Shown here: in pieces, positions 35,004 through 48,700 of the stretch | Numbering within the stretch: position 1 is the first letter of the stretch | Layout: each line of letters opens with the position of its first letter | Assembly: GCA_964187785.1 (NCBI GenBank) | Contig: OZ076409.1 | Coordinates: 98,582,001 to 98,646,000, forward strand | DNA from: Amphiscolops sp. MND2022 | Lineage: Eukaryota | Length of the DNA stretch: 64,000 nt | Direction of reading: 5' to 3' | Made by a program: the position numbers and the translations under genes | Notes under the pieces: model-generated | The model's database searches: none | The model's input: the letters and a program-made list of their open reading frames with translations, nothing else | What the model was told of the DNA's origin: nothing

Positions 35004-36601
35004 TTTTCGTCAATATTTTCAGCTTTTTCAATGTGGCCCAATTTTTTCAATTTTTCGATTTCTTTACCCACTGCTTGTTGCAAATGGATAGGAATGGGTC
35101 TACCTTTTTGTTGGATTAGTTTTGCGTCGTCTTTTAATTGTATATAAACTTCCACGTTTTTTACCGTGTGGTTTGTTGAAAATAATTTGTGGAACTTACT
35201 TTTCAGTGCTGTTATTTCGCGTTCCGAGTTGCAGTTGATTTGGTTCGGTTTGTCGGTGATATGTTTTATTGTTTGGGTGTTATTGTCCGTGTTCAGTGTG
35301 ATTCCGAGTTTTTCCATCCAGTCTAATCCGAGTAGTGGGTGTGTTTGTTTAGTTGTTACCAGTAATTCCAGTTGTCTCTCTTTACCATCTATTCTTACGT
35401 TGGCGGTTGTTTTCCCTTCAAATTTTAATTTGTTGTCTTTCACGTCCCGGTAGTCTGTAGTTACCGGCTTCATTGTTGTAATATTGTTGAATTTTGATTT
35501 TGGAATTAGAGTTATTGGTGAGCCTGTATCAACGATGAATTTGATTGGTCGGTTATTGACCAATAACGTTTTGGTATAGAACGGTAGTCCGTTCTTACTT
35601 CCATTGCCCAGTGAGTTGATTTTTTGTTGAATTGAGTGTATTCTGTCTGGTGTCCACTCGTCTTCGTCTGCGCTGTATGCTTCCTTGTCTGCTATATGGT
35701 TTATTTTCCTCCCGGACCGACAGCATTTGGCGTAATGTCCCAATTTACCGCATTTGGCACATTCTTTCCTTTCGCGGGGCATTCGTGTTGTTTGGACCAG
35801 TTGGGCGCTCCGCACCTATTACAGTCCAGTCTTCTCGCGGTCTTCGGGTTTCGTTCGGTATGTTCTTTCCCATACTTTAGTTTTCTTTTTTCCACATGTC
35901 TGATTTTTTTGTCTTCGTCAGTTTCTGGAGATTCATTTAGTTTTTCATACATGTACTCATGTATTGCCTCTGTGATAGCCTCCACTGACATGTCATATTT
36001 TCTAATTTTCTTTTTCAATTCGTAGTCGCCTGTGGATTTCCCGATGAGCGATAAGAATTTTGAGGCCAAAAGTTCGGCTGCCGTAATGGTTTCGAACTCG
36101 CAGTTTTTTTCCACCTCCAGTATTCTCTTCCAGACGTCTGCGGCCGTTTCGTTTGATTCTCTTTTCAAATAGAAACAATCGGCCCTGCTGTGTTGCACGT
36201 TCCGTTCTGGAGTGAAATGTAGTCGGAATAGTGCTGGGTTCTCGTTCTCTCACCGTTTTTGTCATTTCTGATAGGGCACTTTGTCCAATTGCCCAAAGAA
36301 ACGTGTCTTTGATTTCTAGTTCCAGTTGATCGCGGAATTGTGGCAGGATTTCTTTTGGATTTACCATTTGTGATAAATCGATGTCTTTTGTCATTTTAAT
36401 ATATTGGACAAATTTTCGCCACCACAAATTTGCGCTGGAGCTGTCGTGTTTTTCTAAGCTGGGAATGGTCAATTTCTGGGTACATGTCCGTTCTCCCGCT
36501 CTTGTTGTTGTTTCATTGGGTATCAACTGGCTGCTGGATGATTGATCGGTTGCCCGGTCATGCTGTTCCCCCATTGGACGGGTGGTGTTCGTGTCTTCCA
36601 T
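34955..36601 (-). pseudogene. Gypsy gag-protease, frameshifted into three pieces
   Basis: ORFs 36002-36601, 35701-36198 and 34955-35815; CNRCGAPNWSKQHEC, CAKCGKLGHYAKCC, FIVDTGS. Confidence 0.9.
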
Positions 36602-36660
36602 TCTTTGGTAATTGATGGGCTGATCACGAATATTTATGGTGAATGTCAGTTATACTGATA

Positions 36661-36672
36661 CTGACTGCGCCA
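36661..36672 (-). promoter_or_regulatory. PBS TGGCGCAGTCAG (tRNA-Ser-like)
   Basis: Directly abuts the 5' LTR CA end. Confidence 0.8.
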
Positions 36673-37383
36673 TGTTGTAACTTTATGGTACAAGAATTTA
36701 CTTTCTATCAAGACTGTATTTTATCTCAAAGCTATTGTTACTAAACGAACTTTAGTATGATAAAGATAATACAGTATAGGCAGGTACTTCAGACTAATTA
36801 AATAACAATAAGAACAATAGTGTCTGAGATATAAAGTTTGTCCTCTAGCTTATTCAGCTATGCCACAGTGTCCTTTTTCAAGTAGGGAATTAATGCCCAA
36901 TCAACTTTAAGCGTGTCACGAATATGAAAGCGTGAAATAACAATCCGTGACACGGAAGCGTCACATTTACTAATCCTTAAGCGTGAATTTTCCTACTACA
37001 GGGTCCAGATAAAGAAACCTTGGACTTTGGGCTCAATTTTATTGATGAGCTTCTGGTTAATTTTAAGTGTTATTTCAAAAGTTATACTTTCTCACATGCA
37101 AAAAGCACTAAGTATAGAAAAAATATTTTATTCGTACCCCAGAGTGGTTGTATGAGCTGGAAAAATTAAAAATTTGATAACAAAACAGTTTCCATTGCCA
37201 GAATTCAACGCGGTGAAATTTAAAAAAAATCAGTGTGAAGCAAAAAAGTGTGAAAAACGTGTAGCGCAATGAACTGATGAAACAAAAGTTATTCAACGAT
37301 AATTTATTAATTTCACAGCTCGTAATGCATTTCACTTACATGACGTTCCAATGCTAGCTGAAACATTTGCAAAGAACAATGAT

Positions 37384-37863
37384 AACAAGACGGGAACGTC
37401 TAAAGTCGGCGCTATATCTAAGGCTCAAAAAGCGCAAAGGACTTTTTTGAAAAAATCTGAAATTTTTGAATTTTTCTTTCAGAAAATGTCGCATAGTGCC
37501 GAAAAATGTAAAAGGGGGACCGTTTGGGCTTTATTAACATATATTCTGTTGCAAAACATCAAAAAACTCGAACGGGGGACATTGAAAAATTTTCGAAAAA
37601 AGTCGCATAATGCCGACAAAAATCAAAAGACCCTTTGGTCTCGTCGGGTTTTGTAGGTTAGATTAAAAAAGTAAAAAATAAAAGGGGGGACCCTTTTGCA
37701 CTAATTTCCGCTGACCGGACTTGGCTTTATGGTAGTAGTTTTAGTAGTTTCGATTGTAAGAAAAGTGGCCCAATCAGAGTGAGATTGTAGTCTGACGAAA
37801 AAAAAGAAAAAAAACTTGCCACTGTAAGTGTCGGGCACTTTTCACTAGAAAAGCGCCGACTAA
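37384..37863. mobile_element. HINE/Helentron-like non-autonomous element, opposite orientation to 2556-2734
   Basis: aacaagacgggaacgtctaaagtcggcgc ... gtcgggcacttttcactagaaaagcgccgacta: subterminal inverted repeats plus a terminal hairpin. Confidence 0.65.
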
Positions 37864-39065
37864 TAATACTTTGGAGTATTGCAATATTTTTATTCATGAA
37901 AAAATATAAATATGACTTGGAAAATTATCACTTTCATGTATATCATCAAATAAAAGATGCAATTTTTTCAAAGTATTTTATTTAGGATTTTAAAAGGTCG
38001 TTCATCAAAAAATTTTGTCGAATTCGGGAAGGAAAATTTCAAAAATATGTTTTTTTACAAAGGTTCAAAACTTGGTGCCCTTAGCTCGTTTTCTGTTACT
38101 GCGTTTGTACAGAAACTATATAATTTTTTTTCTGTATTCCGAGCACTTCAAAAAGAGTGGTAAATGTTTTGTTGAGATCAGGCGAATTATTTTACCATTA
38201 TTCAGAGAAAGGTACAAATTTGGGCTTTTCCGTTACTGTGCTTTTGTCGACTACTCATTAGCTGTAAAATTGAATCTAACGAACTTGTTCAATTAATTGA
38301 GCATAATTCATAACCTAACGAAGTATACAAGCAAACCAAGTAATAGAATCGGCTAATAAGAAGGAAAAACTTGAGGATTTTTTCTCAATTTGGGGCAAAG
38401 GAAGAGAATCAGTGGCTCAATTTGTGGTTATAAATCCAATTATTTTTTCACTCCGTCCTGGCTGAAACCACTTGAGCTTTATTCCAATTTATGGGTTGCT
38501 AAGTAGCGTCCACTCTATAGTGTAATTTGACTAACGGTGATTACACAAGTTGAGTAGTTAAGAAGCGAAATCGTCAAAAACGAAGTGATCGAAACGGAAA
38601 CGAAATGGAATTATTCTGAATTCTGATTCAGATCATAGACGCTGCAATTTAATCCTGCAAAGTCTTTTCGTAAAAACACCTGAACCTATGCACATTTTGT
38701 CGGAAATCAGCTTTTGTGCAAAAATGCAGATTTTAAAACTTTCCAGTCGCTTCAACTAAGGCCATGACACAGTGTTTGATTCCTTTAGTATGATAAAACT
38801 CAAACTGTGGAATAGCGAAGGAAAGATGTCTTTAGTCGGCAACATAAAACGGGACCCCTTTTTAGGCGAGCGTAGCGTAAGCTGGCGTATCTGTTGCCAG
38901 GATTCGCACTGGAAGTTGAACAACGAACTTACATTTTTTTCATCGTCCAGTCTGAAAGTGTGACATCCTTCTCTTTGTTGTTTTTCTTCGAAGCGTTATA
39001 TAACGAAGTGCATTAATCGGAGCATTCTACGTTTTTGAAAAACTCTGCAAGGTTACAATTGATCA

Positions 39066-40069
39066 CCCGGGTCGACCCTCCATGGATATCTTGTAAAGAT
39101 CTTGGCAAGATCCTGCCAAGATCTTGGAAAAATCTTAGCTAAGATCTTGCCAAGATATTGGCAAGAATTGCAAGATATCATGGTAAGATCTTATCAAGAG
39201 AGCCATGTTTCCAAGAAAACTTTTATTGTAAAATCCTATTTGGAAAGAAAAAAATGTGAAAGGAAGTCAACAAAAATCAACACTTCTGCAGATTTATATT
39301 GTTAGACATTAAAACTTCTGTTAGCAATGAATAAAATTTGGTTGAAGAGATATTTATTTAGGAAGGCTGGTTAAATTGTTCTTTCAATTGCAAAACCGTC
39401 GCCAACAAAGGCGTCAGAAAAGCCTTGAGCTGAATCATTACCCAAATTAGTGCAATGACAGCCGTTTCTAGCAGTAATAAGGCTGCTGAAACAGGCTCAA
39501 AGAATGCTGGAAATATGATTTTTACAAAAAATTCCGGATTTTAAGGTCTTTCATTTGTAACTTTCCGATAGTGGGTCTGGACGTTTGAGAGCATATTTCT
39601 CCGTCTCTGGAATCGACAGGAGTCATAAATTACAAGTTTTGGAAAGCCTTTGAAATGACCTTTCATTTGGTACATTCGCACTTCTCAGTCTTAAACAGGT
39701 GAAGACTTATTAGGATCCTCGTCAAAATTTCGGAAGCCAGAATACGTTATCGCAATTTTTCACGCATTTTTGCATGCAAAATGTTTTCAGCGGGTTGAAG
39801 CATTTTGATTATGAAAACGAGTAAAAATAATCGTTGTTGGATGAAATGAGCCTTTAGATTGAGTCTCGGCTGCTTGTACCGAAGGTATAGTGTTTGTTAC
39901 CATCTTAGAACTTTGTCCATTGTGACAAGTAACGATCTTGAAATAATGTATTATCTTAGTGAGATCTTATTAAGAGTCTTGCCATGGGTTGCATGGTCGC
40001 CAAGATGTAGTAGGAATTTGGTAAGATCTTGCCAAGACAGCCAAGATCTAGGAAGAAAGTCAACCCGGG
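39066..40069. mobile_element. Non-autonomous EnSpm/CACTA-type DNA transposon (CCC...GGG termini, 2-bp TSD CA)
   Basis: ca|cccgggtcgac ... gtcaacccggg|ca; subterminal aagatctt repeats; homologous to 50160-51875. Confidence 0.8.
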
Positions 40070-40099
40070 CATGGTGTAAGTTTTGGTAGTCATCAGAGA

Positions 40100-40248
40100 T
40101 TATTTGGCCCCAGTAGGCCTTTTGGCTTTTCCTCTTTCGTTGGGAAGCTTAAAAATTTTCGGTTTACTGCGGGACTCGAACCCACGTACATGCAAAGAAA
40201 CACATTCACTTTGTACGGAAATTGAGTGAACCCTTACGCCAAGTGGCG
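40100..40248 (-). mobile_element. tRNA-derived SINE head or tRNA pseudogene
   Basis: A-box-like TGGCGTAAGGG (40231-40241) and B-box GGTTCGAGTCC (40172-40182) on -; no intact cloverleaf seen. Confidence 0.55.
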
Positions 40249-40429
40249 ACATGCGAATTGATTGGAATTAAAGTTAAAATATTACAGAAACTGCGTAGGA
40301 AACGAAGAAAAAATATTTCGCGGCTAAAACAAAGAACTTTCATATCTTGAGAAAGCTAAGAATAACAAAAATAATAGTTTTTCCTTGCAATTGTTGTATA
40401 TTTAGTTGTACATTGGTACAATAGGGCTT

Positions 40430-43400
40430 TTTGGACATTTATAAGGACGTCTCGTGTTCAAGAATCAAACACTTTCTCCTGCCAATTGTTTCTGCCCGTT
40501 TAGTGGTGGGCGGTTCTGCGCTGGTATCCAGATCTTCTTCCGATTGGGATTTTTCGGGAGTAGTGGTGGCTTTGTGTGGTTTCCTGGCAAATCTACTGTA
40601 TGGTCCTTTTGGTCCGGTCCCTCTGTTTGTTGGTTCCTGTTCAAATGCATTATTAGGTTTGCTAATAAGTTTACCGTGAATTATTTTTTTATCTGATGTG
40701 GTCACTGTATGTTTTGCTCCAGTGACTGCCGTTTGTAAGTGTTCCGAGTATGGGCTTTCAAATTTTCCCTTCTGTTTTTTTTCGTTCGAAGAATTGAAAA
40801 GGATATTTACTCACTGTTTTTGCTCCTTTTCTCTTTTGTTTCATTGGTAGATGGTCGAAGCTACGGCCTTCTCCAATGAATGTGTATACCTGTAAGGAAT
40901 CTGGTGGTCTCGCTCAAATGAAATCAAATCATTGGTTATCGTTTTGGTTTTGTCTAATTTTAGCATGTTACTACTCCATTCCGTGTTCGGTTCTCTGCCG
41001 AAGTGTAATTCGAATGCGGATTTTCTTAACCTGGTGTGTGGTGTTGTCCGCATTACGATTAGAGCTAAGTCCAATGCTTTTTCGATTGATTCTCCAGCTT
41101 CAATATTAGTTAACAGATTTTCTTTTAGAGTTCGTACTCCTCGTTCTACTTAGCCAGTTGGGGTGTGAATATACGGTGTTCGGTTTTTTTTTGATAAATT
41201 TGGTTTTGCAAAATTTTCTAAACTGACGTCCGGTAAAAGCTGTTGCCTTATCCGTTCCTATGGTTTTCGGTATACTGTTTAAGTTGCAGTATTGTTCTGA
41301 AATATTTTTGCCGTTTCTCCGTCTTTAGTTTTGCACAGACTGGCGGCTGGCCATTTGCTGTACCTGCCCATGGAGAGCAAAATGTAGAGTCTACGGTCCG
41401 TAATAGGTCCAATGAAGTCCAATTGGATTTCTTCGTTCGGTGCGTTTGATAGAAGGAAGCTATTTTGTTCCGATTTAGGTATTTTAGGTTTATTATTCTT
41501 ACCGGAAAGTTTGCATGGTATGCAGTTGTCGCATTTTCGTTGCATCGCTTCCGTCAGTTTAGGCCACAAGAAGTGTTTCGCTGATAAAGTCATCTTGTTG
41601 ACGGCTGGGTGTCCTTCATGAAGTAGGCTTATGACGGTTTTTCGCAGGTTGATTGGCACAATGATTTTTTCTTCAAAAAATACCAGTCCGTATCGTGTTG
41701 ATAATTTCTTGTTTTATAGGCTGCATTCGTCCGGGATGTTGTCGTTTTATTGGCGCTCCAAACAAACGAGTGTCTTCAATAGTTTTGGGTCATTGGTTGA
41801 TTCAGTCATAAGCAGTTGTAAGTCTGTGGCGAATTCTTTTTCCGTTTCTCGGACGATAGTTTCCAGGTCCCAGTTGTTTTGTTCAAGGTCTTGAACTTTC
41901 GGAGTGTGTCCCATCTTTATATACTGTACGCTCTTTAGCCCAACATAACTTGCTCAGTTAATGATGGGTACCTCCAGTACCGACTGTGCCAGTTCGGAGT
42001 CGCTGGAAATTTCTCCTTGCTCCATTGGGGTATTTTCTGTTTGCCGTTTGGTTGTAATGTGTAACCGGTTGAAATCGTGATGTGCCTGGATGATCGTTTG
42101 GTGTTCGTTTGGGACACGCTTTTTGGAAATTTTGTGATGAGGGCGCGGTGAATTGCCAATCCGCGGTGTACTCGTCCGATTGTTGTCGGTATGACCAGTT
42201 TCGAACTTCCCTGGCCGGGTTTTCTATTCTCCGGGTTCTTTCGGAGAGTCTTTTTTCTATTTCTCTTCTTTCTCCGCGAAGGAATTTTGGTTCGTGGTAT
42301 TTTGTCCACTTGCCGCTTGGGAGTCGGTATATTCCTGGCTTCACGATGTTTCGCAACCGTTCTATTAAATCGATTGTCTCCTGGGAGCGATCCATTTTCT
42401 CCAGGTTGTCGATTGTTTTGTAGTCCATTGTTTTAGATTTAATTTGATTTTGAAAATCAGTGCTGCTTGTTGTGATACGATCAAGGCTATTAATGGCGTT
42501 TTGTTCACGCGTGTGTTCCGTTGACGGTTGTCTGTTTGCTTTTGTCCCATTTGGCGCTCCGCTGCTCGATTGTGATTGGTTGAAATGGTTGCTAAGGCAA
42601 CCAACTTTTGAAACAAAATCGTAATGCAGTACTATGACGTTGATTACGTATTCTTCTTCGTACGCTTCATCTTGTTGTGGCGGCGCGTTAGGATTTCTAC
42701 TCAAGTTATCCATCAATGCTAGGTGCTTTCCCGCAATGCGGTTTACGTTAATTGTGAAATGCGCTAATCGGTCTACCCACCGAGTTAGGCGGGCGCTGTA
42801 CGTTTTATAGAGCGGTTGCGTTTTATTAATGGCTCTAAAACTTTGNNNNNNNNNNNNNNNNNNNNNNNNNNNNNNNNNNNNNNNNNNNNNNNNNNNNNNN
42901 NNNNNNNNNNNNNNNNNNNNNNNNNNNNNNNNNNNNNNNNNNNNNNNNNNNNNNNNNNNNNNNNNNNNNNNNNNNNNNNNNNNNNNNNNNNNNNNNNNNN
43001 NNNNNNNNNNNNNNNNNNNNNNNNNNNNNNNNNNNNNNNNNNNNNCCCCATACTACTGACAGTAACTCTAATTCATTGATGGCGTAATTTTTTCAGTATC
43101 CGATAGAAATCTGCTTGTGAATGCTATCGGTATTAATTCGCCGTTGTGTTGTTCTTGCCAGAGTGTTGCGCCTAAGCCTTTTGTACTGGCGTCTGTAGGT
43201 ATTGTATTCGGTAAATTGGAGCTGTAATGTGCCAAACACGGTATATCCGTGATTTTGTTTTTTAATTGCGTAAGATCTTCGGAGTGTTCTGGTAACCAGT
43301 TCCATTTGTTGTTCTTTTTCAATAATTGTCTTAGTAAATCTGTTTGGGTGGACAAGTTTTTGATGTACTTTGACAAATTTGAATCGCTCCTAAAAAGGAT

Positions 43401-45780
43401 TTTAGTTCTTTTTCGTTCTTTGGTTCTATTAGTTCTTGTATGGCTTTGAGTTTGTCTTGTAACGGTCTAAAACCTTTGGTCAATTTGGAGCCCCACCCAT
43501 TCTATCTCCGATTTTACAAATTCGGTTTTGTTTTCGCTCAGTCTGTATCCTGCGTTTTGTAATTTGGTTAATGCGTCTACTAACTCACGTTTGTGTGTTC
43601 TTTTGGTTCTTTTGGTCCTAACCATGCCGGAGATTTGTTTTCCAGTGTTTTGTCGATTTTTCTTGGAATACGGTCGGTATATCTGCTAAACCATAGAATC
43701 CTTTTAGGAATCCGTAGTAGCTGGTAAAGTTTCCTCCCGTACAGCAAATATGCACAAGTCCATTGCTTTCTTCGATAACGGTAGTTGACCGTACGCGTAG
43801 CCCAGATCAAATTTGGAAACCCATATCTCGTCTGCTTCTCCGTCAGCAATTTTTCTTGTTATTCTGGTTATTAACTCCTCCATATTCAGCATTTATGCTT
43901 TCCTTTTCACGGTGATTTCATTGAGTTTTCGTGAATCTAGAGCGATTTTTACCGTTTTGTCTTTTTTGACTGTGATAACAGCTGGGCTGACAAAACAATT
44001 TTCGTTGATATCAGTTGCTTCTTCAATACGGCCGTTTTTCATTAGTTTCTAAATTTCTTTACCGACTGCCGGTTGTAAATGAATTGGTATTGGTCGGTTT
44101 TTTTTGTTGTATCATCTTTGCGTCTGGTTTTAATTGGACGTCTACTTCTATTCCTTTTACTGTTTTGTTTTCGTGGAATAGTTTTCCGAATTCTTTCTTC
44201 AGGTCGGCGATATCCGGGTCTTCTTGGACATTTTGAATTTGTAAGTTAGTTTTTTAATGTTTAGTTTTATTCCCAGATGTTTCATAAAATCTAGTCCGAG
44301 TGGGTTCGTTCTTTTTGTAGTAATCAGTAGCTCTAGTTTCTTCGTTTCTCCGTCCATTTCAATGTTTGCCGTTGTTTTACCTTCAAATTTGATTTTGTTG
44401 TTGTTTACATCTTTGTATTCCTGTTGGAGTGTGTATATTGTTGTAATTTCATTGAATTTTTGTTTTGGTATGAGTGTGACCGGTGATCCGCTGTCTTTTA
44501 TGAATTTGATTGGACGGTTGTTAACCAAGACCGTCACGGTAAAGAATGTCTGTCCGTCGTTGGATATTTGTCTTGTTGAATGGACCGTGTTGTTTATTGA
44601 ATGTATTTTGTTTGGTGTCCAGTTATCTTCGTCTGCACTTCTTGCTTCGGAGTCTTGTTGAATATGTTTCATTCTTCTTTCCGAGTTTTGTTTTGATCAG
44701 CATTCTTTTGCGTAATGACCGTAATGACTTTCGTGTCATTGCTGGGCAATCGTGTGATTTATTCCGATTTGGTGCCCCGCATCTAATACAGTCCACTATT
44801 GTGAATTTGATTTGTTTTTCGCTTTCGGGTTTTCGGTAGGTTCTTTTTCTATCCACATGTTTGATTTTTGTTTCTTCTTCATAATCTTTTGATTCGTTCA
44901 TTTTTTCGTACATGTATTCGTGGATTGTATCGGTAATTGCTTCCACTGACATGTCTCCACATGTCTCCTCTCCTTAATTTTTTCTTTAGGTCATTGTCAC
45001 CCGTCGTTTTTCCAATAACGGATAGGAACTTTGATGCGAGCAGTTCGACTGCCGTTATTTCGAATTGGCAATTCTTTTCAATTTCTAGAATGCGTTTCCA
45101 GGTTTCTGCAGCTGGTTCTCCCGGTTCTCGTTTTAAATTGAAGAAATCTCCTCTGCTTTGGTGTTTGTTCCGCTCGGGAATGAAGTGTAGTCTGAAGAGT
45201 GTGTATAGTCGGTATAAGGATAGAGAATTCGGTTCTCTTTCTCTTACCGTCTTTGTGATTTCCGTGATCGCTGATTGTCGAATCGCCCATATGAATACAT
45301 CTTTGATTTCTTCTTCCAACCTTTCAACGGGCCTCTGAATTGTGATATTATTTCTTTTGATTTTGTCATTTTCGATAAATCGATATCACGGGTCATTTTG
45401 ATATATTGGACGAATTTTCTCCACCATAGTTTTGCACTGATGTGGTCGTTCTTCTCAAGAATCCAAATGGGTAACTTCTGTGTAGATGTCCGCTCTACCG
45501 ATCTCGTCGTTGTATTGTTTGGGGTTGACTAGCTACTGTTCTGTCCAGTTATGTTGCCCTCTTCGTTCGTCCTCCATTGATTTGTTTAAATTGCTTACTG
45601 CGCCATGAAGTATTTCAAGGACAAGCTTGAGAAAAGAGATAAGAATCAATGTTTACTCTAAACGTGAGGTTACTAATATGATGTAAACTTTTAGAGTATA
45701 GGCTAAGTAGTTGTTAGTAAACAAACTAAAAATAGCAACGGGGATGTAATGTTGTTTATCAACAGTCTATTCTACATACA
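40430..45780 (-). mobile_element. Decayed gypsy element related to 30796-36867; 3' LTR not found
   Basis: Fragmented gag-PR-RT-RH-IN colinear with the intact copy; PBS TGGCGCAGTAAG at 45594-45605; probable 5' LTR 45606 to ~45780. Confidence 0.88.
42846..43045. other. Assembly gap (200 N)
   Basis: Run of N inside the RNase H region of the decayed gypsy. Confidence 0.99.
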
Positions 45781-48700
45781 TGCAGTCCAAATTATTTTTT
45801 GCAGTTAAAAAATGTTCTGTTTTTTGTACACTTTTCCACAGCAAAGTGTTTCTATAGCAAAGATCTGAACTGAACACCCAGATTCTTTGTTATTCCAAAA
45901 CAATCAAAACACTTTTGTTTTTTTTTTCATATCACCCAATTATTTTTTCAATTATTGAACATTGACTTGTTTGAGCTGAATTCTCTCCTAAAATTTGAGC
46001 CTTTGATAGGCCCTTTTCGAGTATCGAAGAAGTAAAACAGCATGAGGCAAGCCGAGAACTTTTTAAATGACAAAATGCTGGATATCCCACATGAATTTCT
46101 CAAGAACTTTCCATTTTACGCAGATATTCTGAAAAACTTGCAAGTTTCTTGCAAAAAAGCTCAGCGGGTCAATGTATTGTCCTTCAACATCTTGCCCGAA
46201 CTTTTGGTCAAATTCTTGCAAGATGAAAGCATTTTTCGCAACCAGGGTATATGAATGAACGTTTTGTTAACACTAAATCACTCATTGAATTCTTTGAAAA
46301 GCAATCAATTCTTGATGCTGAAAAAAGCTTAACTTCAATAGAAACATAAGTACATCGGTTTAATTTATAATCACAATTGAATTTCTCAAATGCTGAAACA
46401 ATTTTTGACAGATGGATTTCATCACAGCAAATCCGGTTCTGATGACGCAACATAGTTTTCTGTTGGAAAATTCCTACTCCGGTAATTTCTACTAGGATGA
46501 CATTTGCTTTGATATCAAGATGTGAAAAGTTCATTTGATGTCGCCCTAAATAAGAAATAGCGACCGCATACTATTCTGTCTTGATGGTGTGAATTTTAAC
46601 GTACGACCATTCAACTTTCACTGGTGAATTCAATTCGTCTGAATTGAGAGATTTTCGGGAATTATTAAGTGTCTGAATTGGATTATCCTTTGAAACGACA
46701 TTGTCACTTAATTTCAAGGAGAATTGCTTCTTTAGGAGAAGAGACTTGAGTTGAATTGAAATTGCAAGATTGTAGTCAATCCATTTCCTCAACTTCTAAT
46801 TTCCAACTAATGGCAGTTAACATGGAACTATACATAGGGTACTAAAAAGCTAAAGACACTCGATTCAGCTAACGAAAACATTAAAAAGGCAATATAATTT
46901 GATATATTCATTTCACAAAAAGTCTCAGAATAAAATTCCCGAGCGATACACCCATTTCTGCAGGTTCCTCCATTCTGTTAACGACCTGTCACTGCTTGCC
47001 GTTACATTTTGCCATTGAATATGTAAAAAAATGTGGTTTGAAATTTTTTGTCAGCAAAATTGAGTGTCTTTTGCTTTTTGGTATTTTATTGTATTCAACC
47101 TTTATTCTCATCAAGCCTTAATTTTAGTTTTTCTAAGATGTTTTGTTCTCAATACAACGTTTTCTTGATTAATTGACGTTCTGTAAAATTGAATCCTTTG
47201 TCTTGTTCCCAACAATACTAAGGCCTTGTATTACCTTTTTTCTGCTTCAACATAACACTAATTTGATATATGCAAACCGTATGCTTCAGTTCTTTCAAGA
47301 GTTAGCCTGTGGGCTATTCTTTTCAACGCTTGTCAAAGTCAATTCTGCTAAAAATTAAACCGATTTTGAACAAAAGTTGATGACCTTTCTCTGGAAAACA
47401 GGACGCGACCTTTCAGTTTGGCAATTTATTACGAAAAAAACTTGAAAATTGCGCAAATGTTCAGCAAAGTGCAACAGCATTTATTGTAATTTACAAGATT
47501 GTAAAAATGCGGAACAGTTAAATATGCATTAGAGTGCAAAGGCAAGCTAAAATTGCTCAGAGCACAATTTTGTGCTTCCAATACCTCGGATTCCACGACC
47601 ATACCTTTAACCGTGCAAAATTGGCAAAATACGTCATATTCCCGGATTCCACGGATTCCAGTAACAAATGCTTAGCTGTGTTATGTTTTTGACAGCCTGA
47701 AAAAAAAACTAGATTTTAAGGCCAATATTTTAGGCTTGAATCGATTTGATATGTCGAAATACGACTAATCGTGCTGAAATTTTGAGCACCAAAAGAAAAT
47801 ATAAATGCCACACTTGTCAGATTGGCATGGTCAACAACCCAACCCGCTGAGAAGAGCTTTTTAGAAGTGTGCTTATCAGGTACAAACCGTGCACGATGCT
47901 TTTCAAGACGACATCAGGAAGGAGCTTTTGAACTATACAGTAGTGATATTTCTAAAAGCAACAATTGAAAATCTCAAAATCGAGTATCTCAAACAGCAGC
48001 GATTTTTGGAAAATGATAAAACTGAAAGTTTCTTAGATTTTCATCTAGTTTACAAATATGTTTATTTGAAGGTTATGCGATGAAAATTGTAGAACTTACG
48101 ATAGGCCATTTTTAACCAAATTTAGGTCAAAATTGAGGTTTTTCTCACTTTTAGTCAACTTTTGCTTGAAATTTTAGAGAAATTATATATGCAATCGACT
48201 CCCTTGTTTTAACTGAAGCCCTTGACATGTTTTGATTTAGAAATCATCCTAAAATGGTAGAAAAAATACGCTGTAGAATTAGATTTTTTCGAAAATACAT
48301 GTATTAAGATACGATTTCGAAGTTTAACAACTTAAAACAAGCCCATACTAATGCAATTTAGAGTATTTTCGAGAAAAAAAATATATTGTCAGATTCGAAT
48401 TGTTCGGGAGAATTTTTTTTGTCGAAATTATTTTGAAATCGAAAAATTGTAAGTGGGTCAAAAATCCAAAAAACTAAAAAAATGATGTTTTGGAAATCAC
48501 TCTCGACCAATGAAATGAGCGCGTGAGACCTTGATCAGCCAATGAGATTTGTTTATTTGCTTTCTTTCTGCGTGCTATGTTGCTATTTCTAGAATCACCC
48601 CTGTATTTGTTTTTCTGATGTTAGTGCAATGTGAAAAAGAATTTTCTCTCACTTTCTGAATGTCGGCGATAATCATTCAATTTTGCAGGCATAGTTTGAT

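Larger units (their letters stand above)
30796..36867 (-). mobile_element. Full-length Ty3/gypsy (Mag-like) LTR retrotransposon, TSD GTGTC
   Basis: 195-bp TG...CA LTRs at 30796-30990 and 36673-36867; GTGTC at 30791-30795 and 36868-36872; PPT aaagaggggggaa; order PR-RT-RH-IN; two Gag knuckles. Confidence 0.96.
29898..36887. mobile_element. CCC...GGG non-autonomous element (2-bp TSD AA) split by the gypsy insertion
   Basis: aa|ccctaatt ... aagtaggg|aa; both outer flanks are rich in gcgtgaa, suggesting one interrupted host repeat; internal ~30-bp tandem repeats at 30395-30540. Confidence 0.5.
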
